Below are positions 42,431 through 51,279 of a DNA stretch of 51,279 nucleotides, in pieces (within the stretch, counting starts at the first letter, position 1; each line of letters opens with the position of its first letter). Origin of the DNA: an uncultured Prochlorococcus sp. (GTDB lineage: Bacteria; Cyanobacteriota; Cyanobacteriia; PCC-6307; Cyanobiaceae); NCBI GenBank assembly GCA_964397895.1, contig CAYNKY010000001.1, positions 1-51,279 on the forward strand, given 5' to 3'. The position numbers and the translations under genes are program-made. The notes beneath the pieces are model-generated. The model ran no database searches, was not told the origin of the DNA, and worked only from the letters and a program-made list of their open reading frames with translations.

Positions 42431-43042
42431 TTAATTTTGTTTGCTGATTTGAGAGAATTCTAATTCTACAGGAGTCTCGCGCCCAAAAATTGAAAGTAAT
42501 GCTTTTAATTTATTTCTTTCTCCAGAAACTTCAATTACCTCTCCTTGGAAATCTTTAAATGGTCCACTTGTCACAATGATACGATCTTTTTCTTCTATAT
42601 CTAACTTTACAATAGCTTTCTTTTCTGAGGCACGCTTAAAAATCCTATTTACTTCTTGTCTAGATAATGGTCTTGGTTTAATATGCCCTCTTGATCTACC
42701 GCTAGCTCTGCCATCTTCAGCACCTACAAAGTTAATCACGTTGGGAGTACTTTTTACTGCCATCATAGTATCTTCATCTAAAATCATTCTTACTAAGACA
42801 TAGCCTGGAAAAACTTTTTCTTCTGTTGTTTGCCTTGAACCATCTTTCTTTAACTTTATCCCTGGGGTTTGAGGTATTTCTATTTCCAGAATTCTATTAT
42901 TAACTCCTAAAGTTACTGATCTTTGTTCAAGAGTAGCTTTTACTTTATTTTCACAACTAGATGCAACTTGAATCGCATACCATCTTGCAATACCAGTATT
43001 TGCTTTCTGAGATGCAATACTACTTTTTGACTCGTTACTCAT
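42431..43042 (-). CDS. nusG: Transcription factor NusG
   Basis: WYAIQV, FPGYVLV, KOW GPFKDFQG and IFGRETPVEL motifs. Confidence 0.97.
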   Translation of the reverse strand: MSNESKSSIASQKANTGIARWYAIQVASSCENKVKATLEQRSVTLGVNNRILEIEIPQTPGIKLKKDGSRQTTEEKVFPGYVLVRMILDEDTMMAVKSTPNVINFVGAEDGRASGRSRGHIKPRPLSRQEVNRIFKRASEKKAIVKLDIEEKDRIIVTSGPFKDFQGEVIEVSGERNKLKALLSIFGRETPVELEFSQISKQN

Positions 43043-43098
43043 GGTTATTTTTATTATGTATTAGTTAGTAATAAATTAATAAAGATTAGTTAATAAGG

Positions 43099-43347
43099 TT
43101 AGTTTAACTGAAAGATTTGTGAAGCTGCCCATCCGTAGAATCTACTGACAGCTGCAATTGCTGCAGCTGAGAAAGACACCATTATTATTACAGCCACTGA
43201 TTCGCTAAATAATTGTTGTTTATTAGGCCAAACTACCATTTTGAGTTCATCATAAGTAGAAAATAAGAAGTTTTTTTCCTTACTTTCAACTTCAATATCT
43301 GAAGTACTCTCTTTGGATGAGTCTGGATTAGAAGTTGGGCCTGTCAC
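43099..43347 (-). CDS. secE: Preprotein translocase subunit SecE
   Basis: ELKMVVWP motif plus one TM helix; upstream of nusG; GTG start. Confidence 0.93.
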   Translation of the reverse strand: MTGPTSNPDSSKESTSDIEVESKEKNFLFSTYDELKMVVWPNKQQLFSESVAVIIMVSFSAAAIAAVSRFYGWAASQIFQLN

Positions 43348-43402
43348 AGATTTTTAATCAAACAAGATAATTAACTATCACTATATTAACTTATCATTTC
43401 GC

Positions 43403-46141
43403 TCATGGGCTAGGAGTAAATAAAATAAGCTCTTTATTTTTTGGATCTAACTTAACAGAAATAGTTTTTTTATTTTTAAAACTATTTTCTAAAAGTTTTG
43501 TGGCTAATGGATTTTCGATTTGCCTTCTTAACTCTCTGCTGATTGATCTTGCTCCATACTTCGGTTCATAGGAATCATCAGCAATTTTTACTATTACTTT
43601 TTTATCAATTTTAAGTTTAATTTCTTGTTCTAAAAGTAATTTTTTTAGATCCTCTATCTGCAGAATTATTATTTTCTGTAATTGTTCTTTGGATAAAGGT
43701 TCAAATTTGATCACTTCATCAATCCTATTTAAGAATTCAGGTCTAAAAATTGATGAAAGGGATTCATTAATTGCTTTTTCTAATGCAATTTTTAATGAAT
43801 TTGATTCTTCTATATTCTTTAAAACTTTCTCTTGATTATCTAAAATGGCTTGTCCTGCTAAATTACTTGTCATTATAAAAACTGAATTCTTAAAATCGAT
43901 TGTGCTTCCTTGGGAATCTGTCAGTCTTCCTTCATCTAAAACTTGTAAAAGAATATTAAATACTTCTGCATGTGCTTTCTCAATTTCATCAAGAAGTATT
44001 ACCGAATATGGTTTTCTTTTTACAGCTTCTGTTAATTGTCCACCTTCCTCGTATCCTACATAACCTGGAGGTGCACCTAAGAGTCTTGCAACTGCGTTTC
44101 TTTCCATATATTCACTCATATCTAATCTTAAAAGAGCCTCTTCTTCATCGAAAAGTGAGGAAGCAAGAGATTTTGCCAATTCTGTTTTACCAACTCCAGT
44201 GGGTCCCATAAAAAGAAATGATCCAATTGGCCTTTTAGGGTTTTTCATCCCAGCTCTAGCTCTTCTAATAGCGCAAGAGATAGCTTCAATTGCAATGTCC
44301 TGACCAATTACTTTTTGACTTATTTCTTTTTCTAAATTTACTAATTTTTTTCGTTCATTAGAAACAACTTTTGTTACTGGAATACCAGTCATTTTTGAAA
44401 CGACATCAGCAATATCATCTGGAGTTACTTCAAATTTAATACATAACTCATCATCATTTTTTAAATTATCCTCAATAATATTGATTTCAGATCTTATATC
44501 TGTTAGATCTTGCTCTAATTCGTTTGAAGAAACTCTTTTCTCAGAGAATAAATTATTATTTTCAATATTTTTCATAATTGTTTCTTCTTCTTTAAAAAGA
44601 AAAATTAATTTTGAGATTTGTTCTCTTATCCTGATCCATTTATTATTAAGATATTCAAGTTTATTATGAATAAGCTCTTGTTTTTTTATAAGTAATTCCT
44701 TTTTTTCATCTTCTTCATTTGAAAAATTATTTATGAAATGATTTATCTGATTTAAATTATGTTCCTCTTCTAAAATTGCTTGCGGTTTTAAACTAGTTTC
44801 AATTTTTAATTGTGCAGCAGCTTCATCAATCAGATCTATTGCTTTATCTGGCAAATATTTATCACTTATATATCTATTAGCAAGTTTTGCTGCATACGTT
44901 ACAGATTCACTTGTTATTTTTATCCCATGATGTATTTCATATTTCCTCTTAACTCCATTCAGTATTTTTGAACTTAATTCTAATGAGGGTTCATTGACAA
45001 ATACTTTTTGAAAACAACTATTTAATACCTGATCTTTTTCTATAATCTCTCGAAAACGTTCAGGTGTAGTAGTGCCAATGCATCTTAAATCTCCTTCAGT
45101 TAAAAGTGGTTTTAAAATACTTTTTATATCAAGAGTGGATCGATCTGCACTAAGAATTATATGTATATCATCTATTAGCAATATTACGCCTTCTCCTGAA
45201 TCTTTTAATTCATCAAGTATTGATTTTAAACGTTCTTCAAGTTGGCCTCTGAATTTTGTTCCAGAAACTAAAGCACCGAAATCAAGGGCAATAATTTTTA
45301 AACCTTTAAGGGAATCTGGAACATTTCCTGAGAATATTAATTGAGCAAGTAACTTTGTTATTGCGGTTTTACCAACTCCAGGGTTCCCAATCAAGATAGG
45401 ATTATTTTTATTTCTTCTTGATAAAACTCTCATGAGATTATTAATTTCTGTTTCTCTACCAATAACAGGATCAAAAGATCCTCTTTTCACATCCTCAATT
45501 ATATCTTTACCATAAAGTGAAAGGGCAGATATTTCAATTTCCTCAGATACTAAATTGAGGTCATTATTTTTTGTTGATGAAAGAATGATATCACTATTTT
45601 TAGTTTGATTAAATTCATCAATAGTAAATTTTTCTAGTTTATCAATACTTTGTGGCAGAATTTGTTCACTGGATAAATTTTTAGATCTATTTTGATTGAT
45701 ATAAGGATGATTTTTTAAATCAGATTCTAATTTCTCAATTGATAAATTGCTCTCTTCAAAAACAAAATATCCTAATCTTTGATCTTTCGCGATTGCTATC
45801 AAAATATGGGGAATTTCAATTAACTTTGACCCCCATTGAGTTTTGATATGATTTGCATTATCAAGTAGGATTTCTAAATCTTCCCCAATTACTAACCTTT
45901 CAGAATTACTTATAGAATTTTCTTCTAAGAAATCTTCCGTTATATCCAAAACAGTATTATGATCAATGTTTAGATTATCTATATGTTCAACAAATTCTTT
46001 TGATGTAAAGAGGGTTTGAATTATATGTTCAATATTAAATTCACTATGCCTCCATTTTTTTGCATTTTCCTCTCCTAGTAGTAATAAATTCCAAGAAAGA
46101 TAGCTAAATAATTCAGGCTTTGAGGTTAGTGTTTCATTCAT
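43403..46141 (-). CDS. clpB: ClpB-family AAA+ protein (ClpB2-like paralog) with degenerate NBD1
   Basis: Clp N-domain, NBD1 GNPGVGKT, long coiled-coil M-domain, NBD2 GPTGVGKT, GYVG, DEIEK and GAR. Confidence 0.9.
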   Translation of the reverse strand: MNETLTSKPELFSYLSWNLLLLGEENAKKWRHSEFNIEHIIQTLFTSKEFVEHIDNLNIDHNTVLDITEDFLEENSISNSERLVIGEDLEILLDNANHIKTQWGSKLIEIPHILIAIAKDQRLGYFVFEESNLSIEKLESDLKNHPYINQNRSKNLSSEQILPQSIDKLEKFTIDEFNQTKNSDIILSSTKNNDLNLVSEEIEISALSLYGKDIIEDVKRGSFDPVIGRETEINNLMRVLSRRNKNNPILIGNPGVGKTAITKLLAQLIFSGNVPDSLKGLKIIALDFGALVSGTKFRGQLEERLKSILDELKDSGEGVILLIDDIHIILSADRSTLDIKSILKPLLTEGDLRCIGTTTPERFREIIEKDQVLNSCFQKVFVNEPSLELSSKILNGVKRKYEIHHGIKITSESVTYAAKLANRYISDKYLPDKAIDLIDEAAAQLKIETSLKPQAILEEEHNLNQINHFINNFSNEEDEKKELLIKKQELIHNKLEYLNNKWIRIREQISKLIFLFKEEETIMKNIENNNLFSEKRVSSNELEQDLTDIRSEINIIEDNLKNDDELCIKFEVTPDDIADVVSKMTGIPVTKVVSNERKKLVNLEKEISQKVIGQDIAIEAISCAIRRARAGMKNPKRPIGSFLFMGPTGVGKTELAKSLASSLFDEEEALLRLDMSEYMERNAVARLLGAPPGYVGYEEGGQLTEAVKRKPYSVILLDEIEKAHAEVFNILLQVLDEGRLTDSQGSTIDFKNSVFIMTSNLAGQAILDNQEKVLKNIEESNSLKIALEKAINESLSSIFRPEFLNRIDEVIKFEPLSKEQLQKIIILQIEDLKKLLLEQEIKLKIDKKVIVKIADDSYEPKYGARSISRELRRQIENPLATKLLENSFKNKKTISVKLDPKNKELILFTPSP

Positions 46142-46444
46142 AGATAGCTTAAGAATTTATTTTTTATATGCATATTTATTATCTAATATAAATAATTTCT
46201 GTTAAAAAGATCTAATTTAATTTGTTTCTAATTATTTTTATTATCAAAAATTAAATTTTGTTTTCAAAACAAATTAATCTAAATTTTTGAAATAGAAAAT
46301 CATTTTAGAAGTCATTATTCTTTTTTAAATTCACTAATAGTAAGTGGTCTTAAACTAAGAATGCAATAATTAAGCATAATCTCTCATAAAAATATTATCT
46401 CTATTTTATTTCAGAAGTTAGCCAAATAACACGGCTATTAATAG

Positions 46445-47761
<1,317 letters not shown>

Positions 47762-47763
47762 TA

Positions 47764-49431
47764 TTATTGTCTTAATCTTTCTAATCTAGAACCTTTTCTC
47801 ATTTTTAATTGGCATTGTATCCAATCAATAAAGATTGGTGCTGCAAATATCAAAGGTAATATAGCTATATTTGAATTTTTGTTTTGTACTAACAACGCGG
47901 AAGCTATAGATAAACTTCCAATTAATATTGAATGACCAAGTGACTTTTGGGCGGTGAACATTTTTTTAAATTGTCTATCGGATTCTCCCATTCGGATTTG
48001 TAGCTGTAGATCTCCCTGTTCTAATCTTTCTAAACTATCATCAATTCTCTTAGGAATGCCAACAGCCTTTGAACCAATTTCTCCAACTTGTCTACCAAGT
48101 TGGTTAAATAAATCATTTGGACTTTGATTGGAAGATGACATGAGAGAAATTAGATAAGGTTTCGTTACGGATACAAGATTAAAACTTGGATCAAGCATTC
48201 TACCAACGCCTTCATAGGTTGATAAAGCTCTCATTACAAATATTAGATCAACGGGTAATTGAAAGGGGGTTTCATAAACGAGTTCATACAAATCCCCTGA
48301 AAGTTTATCTATAATATTAGGACTAAAAGGGGGTGTTAAGGCTTCTTTCAACATTAATCTGACTAATCTTCTTACGGGTCCAATATCGATATCTTCAGAA
48401 AGTAAACCAGCGTCTTGTAATTGTGAAACTAAAGATGAAGCATCTCTTAATGCAGCAGATTTAACCATTGAACCAATTCTTTTTTGTAAATTATTTGCAA
48501 TATTGCCCATCATCCCAAAATCATAAAAAATTAATTTACCATCACTTGATACAGCTAAGTTGCCAGGATGTGGATCTGCATGAAAAAAACCAAAATTTAC
48601 AAGTTGTTTTAGGTAACTTATTGCTCCAATTTCTGCAATTCTTGTTAAGTCATATTTTTTGGATTTTAATTCATTTATTTCACTAATTTTTATTCCTTTT
48701 AGATAGCTCAAGCATAGAACTCTTTCCGTGCTCATATCCCAAAAGACTTCAGGTACCTCTATATTTTCATCATCAAGGAATTGTTGTCTAAATCTCGCAG
48801 CATATTGAGCTTCACAATTGAAATCTAATTCTTTCATTAAAACTTTTCTACATTCCCTTGCAATTTCAACCCAATTTCTTCCTCTACTCCAATTCTTATT
48901 TTTCTGGAGAAGAAAAGCTATCTGCTCCATAATGTCTAAATCGATTTTGAATAGAGTTTGCAAATTTGGTCTTTGAACTTTAAAAATTACAGTTTTTTCA
49001 TTTTTTAATACTGCTTTATGAACTTGAGCTAATGAAGCTGATCCAATGGGAGAGGGATCAATATATTTTATTTGTTCAAAATTCTTATTTAATTCATCCT
49101 TTATTATTTTTTCGACGATTTCAAAAGAAAATTGAGGTACTGCATCTTGTAATGTTGATAATTCTTTAATCCATGTCTTTGGAATTAAATCTGGTCTCGC
49201 TGATAAAAGTTGCCCAATCTTTATAAAAGCGGAACCAAGTTTAATTAATTCAGAAGTAAACCAACGAGCTCTTTCTTTTTGAATATTTTCTTTTCTCTCA
49301 GAAGACTTAACAAAAAACTTAAAGATTAAATTATCAAGCCATAAACTAGTTAAAAGAATAAAGAGTGTTTTCCAAATTAAAAAACTTCTTTTTAATTTTT
49401 TTAATTGTAGGTATTTATGTAGGCGATACAT
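47764..49431 (-). CDS. ABC1/UbiB (AarF) atypical kinase
   Basis: LGSAFIKIGQ (KxGQ), SASLAQVH, KVQRP, ELDF, HADPHPGN and YDFGMM motifs; C-terminal TM helices. Confidence 0.93.
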   Translation of the reverse strand: MYRLHKYLQLKKLKRSFLIWKTLFILLTSLWLDNLIFKFFVKSSERKENIQKERARWFTSELIKLGSAFIKIGQLLSARPDLIPKTWIKELSTLQDAVPQFSFEIVEKIIKDELNKNFEQIKYIDPSPIGSASLAQVHKAVLKNEKTVIFKVQRPNLQTLFKIDLDIMEQIAFLLQKNKNWSRGRNWVEIARECRKVLMKELDFNCEAQYAARFRQQFLDDENIEVPEVFWDMSTERVLCLSYLKGIKISEINELKSKKYDLTRIAEIGAISYLKQLVNFGFFHADPHPGNLAVSSDGKLIFYDFGMMGNIANNLQKRIGSMVKSAALRDASSLVSQLQDAGLLSEDIDIGPVRRLVRLMLKEALTPPFSPNIIDKLSGDLYELVYETPFQLPVDLIFVMRALSTYEGVGRMLDPSFNLVSVTKPYLISLMSSSNQSPNDLFNQLGRQVGEIGSKAVGIPKRIDDSLERLEQGDLQLQIRMGESDRQFKKMFTAQKSLGHSILIGSLSIASALLVQNKNSNIAILPLIFAAPIFIDWIQCQLKMRKGSRLERLRQ

Positions 49432-49444
49432 ATAAGTTAGATCT

Positions 49445-49756
49445 TCATTTATCTAATAAATTATTTAATGTTGTTAATTGATTTTTTATTTTTTCTATTT
49501 TTATTTGTGATTTTTGAATTGCTTCTTCATGAGGTGTGTATTCCTTTTCAGTGTTTGCTCTTATATGGTCATTTTCTTCCATTATTTTAGCCTCATTAAT
49601 AATTTCATCTTTAAGATTTTCAAATTCCTTTTTAAAAATTTCCGGCGCACCTTGAGCTGCATTTGCTGCCTCTTCAATTTTTTCTAAAAAGGTTTTATTT
49701 AATTTTTCACTTAGTTTTTTCACGGTAGCTTTTATTAAATAATCAGAATTTGTCAT
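49445..49756 (-). CDS. Hypothetical alpha-helical/coiled-coil protein
   Basis: 103-aa E/K/A-rich ORF, 13 nt upstream of the ABC1 kinase on the same strand. Confidence 0.7.
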   Translation of the reverse strand: MTNSDYLIKATVKKLSEKLNKTFLEKIEEAANAAQGAPEIFKKEFENLKDEIINEAKIMEENDHIRANTEKEYTPHEEAIQKSQIKIEKIKNQLTTLNNLLDK

Positions 49757-50019
49757 AAATGTATAACCTTACAAAAATTTAGTATTTATTTTTAATATAG
49801 ATCAAATCATTCAAATAAGTTATTTCAATTTTAATAAAGCAATTTGAAATTTCAAAATTAAGATTTGCTTAATTTAATTAGCCTATGTTAATCCACCTAT
49901 TTAAGTTTGTATCTATATTGTACTTTTTTAGTTTTTTTCTTTTAACTTATATATCAGGTTGGTTATTTAAAAAAATATCTAACTTAATTTTTAAATAGCA
50001 TTTATGGAGTTTCACTAAA

Positions 50020-50976
50020 TTGGAAATTTATGAGTCTGATGTTGTTATTATTGGTGGTGGTCCAGCAGGATGCACATGTGCGTTGTATACATCTAGGGCA
50101 AATTTAAAGACAATAATTTTAGATAAAAACCCATCTGTAGGCGCATTAGCCATAACCCACCAAATAGCTAATTATCCAGGAGTGCCAAACGATATAAGTG
50201 GAGAAAAACTTCTCGATTTAATGAGGGAACAAGCTATTGAGTATGGAACTGACTACAGAAGAGCCCAAGTTTTTGGAATAGATGTATCTAGTGAATGGAA
50301 AACTGTTTATACACCAGAAGGGACTTTTAAAGGTAAATCATTAGTTTTAGCTAGTGGTGCAATGGGAAGGCCTGCATCTTTTAAAGGCGAAGCAGATTTT
50401 CTCGGAAGAGGAGTAAGTTATTGTGCTACTTGTGATGGTGCATTTTATCGTGATAGAGAAGTTGCAGTTGTTGGTTCTAATAAAGAAGCTATAGAGGAGG
50501 CAAATGTGCTAACTAAATTTGCGTCAACTGTTCATTGGATTACTTCTAGCGATCCTAAGCCCGAGAATGAAGAGGCACAAGAACTGATGAAAGTATCAAA
50601 CATTAAACATTGGAGTAGAACACGTTTACTCGAAATAGAAGGAAACGATATGGGTGTTAATGGAATTATTATAAAAAATAAACAAGATGAACAACCAATT
50701 AATCTTACCTTGGAGGGCGTCTTTGTTTATATGAGTGGGTCAAAACCAATAACTGATTTTTTAGGGGAACAAATTGCTCTAAAAGAAGATGGCGGCGTTA
50801 TTGTCGATGATTTTATGTCTACAAATTCAGATGGGGTTTGGGCTATTGGGGATATAAGAAATACTCCATTCAAGCAAGCGGTAGTGGCAGCTTCGGATGG
50901 ATGCATAGCGGCCATGTCAATTGATAGATATTTGAATAGTAGAAAAAATATAAGAGTTGATTGGATTCATTCCTAA
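50020..50976 (+). CDS. Flavin thioredoxin reductase, probably ferredoxin-dependent (FFTR/DTR type)
   Basis: GGGPAG FAD motif, YCATCDG redox motif and WAIGD; no GxGxxA or HRR NADPH motifs; C-terminal RVDWIHS tail. Confidence 0.88.
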   Translation: MEIYESDVVIIGGGPAGCTCALYTSRANLKTIILDKNPSVGALAITHQIANYPGVPNDISGEKLLDLMREQAIEYGTDYRRAQVFGIDVSSEWKTVYTPEGTFKGKSLVLASGAMGRPASFKGEADFLGRGVSYCATCDGAFYRDREVAVVGSNKEAIEEANVLTKFASTVHWITSSDPKPENEEAQELMKVSNIKHWSRTRLLEIEGNDMGVNGIIIKNKQDEQPINLTLEGVFVYMSGSKPITDFLGEQIALKEDGGVIVDDFMSTNSDGVWAIGDIRNTPFKQAVVAASDGCIAAMSIDRYLNSRKNIRVDWIHS

Positions 50977-50989
50977 TTATTTCCGTTTT

Positions 50990-51271
50990 TTATAGAGAGG
51001 TTGCTTCTGAAATATAAGCTACCCCTCCATAATAACTAAGTAAAGATCTTATCTCATCTCTCATTTTATCAATAATCTTCTGTTCACAAAAGACTATGAC
51101 ATGAGCATTAGCTCCTAAACCAGTAAATTCCATGTCTTCAGTGACAACTCTCTCTGGTCCTCGTCCAGTGGCATGTTTTGTAACGGTATATCCAGGTACT
51201 TCAGCTTTCTCTAAAGTATTTAAAATTGTTTGTAGTTCTCTTTCACTAAAAATTAAATCTAATCTTTTCAT
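50990..51271 (-). CDS. sbtB: PII-like signalling protein, SbtB type
   Basis: MKRLDLI, GYTV...TGRG, ANAHVIVFC and YGGVAYIS motifs. The partner sbtA would lie upstream, outside the window. Confidence 0.75.
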   Translation of the reverse strand: MKRLDLIFSERELQTILNTLEKAEVPGYTVTKHATGRGPERVVTEDMEFTGLGANAHVIVFCEQKIIDKMRDEIRSLLSYYGGVAYISEATSL

Positions 51272-51279
51272 TTTTTAAA

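Noticed and set aside
43348-43402. tRNA-Trp, often found upstream of secE
   Set aside because: The spacer is only 55 nt, with no cloverleaf or TTCGA motif.
49761-49923. NtcA boxes (GTA..TAC at 49761-72 and 49909-23) and palindrome TTTGAAATTTCAAA (49843-56)
   Set aside because: The spacings are N6 and N9, not the required N8. A 14-bp AT-rich palindrome is expected several times by chance in 51 kb.

Overview
This is a gene-dense, very AT-rich core-chromosome segment from a picocyanobacterium. Gene content, gene order and AT-richness point to Prochlorococcus; the clade cannot be fixed from sequence alone. It holds about 54 housekeeping CDSs: NDH-1 subunits (partial ndhI, ndhA, ndhH), gltA, trpB, cysC, purE, chlM, a phylloquinone cluster (thioesterase-menE-menC-menA-menF), gshB-grxC, frameshifted prfB, ybeY-dgkA, argS, nadC, mnmE, rel/spoT, rluD, rbgA, pgk, murG, pyrD, rnhA, secE-nusG-rplKAJL, a ClpB paralog, eno, an ABC1 kinase, a flavin thioredoxin reductase and a PII-like SbtB. 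I found no rRNA, tRNA, CRISPR array, transposase, integrase, prophage or defence island, and I cannot support a new multi-gene system. The most interesting signals are small. (1) A GC-rich 7-bp hairpin lies just 5' of the prfB +1 frameshift site and overlaps the SD-like stimulator. (2) The ClpB paralog's first ATPase domain has lost its Walker B Glu and both arginine fingers. (3) A signal-peptide MBL-fold protein lacks most metal ligands. (4) The thioredoxin reductase lacks NADPH motifs and has a C-terminal Trp tail (ferredoxin-dependent type). (5) A 94-nt inverted repeat contains both stop codons at the only widely spaced convergent junction. All calls come from motif recognition by eye; no searches were run.
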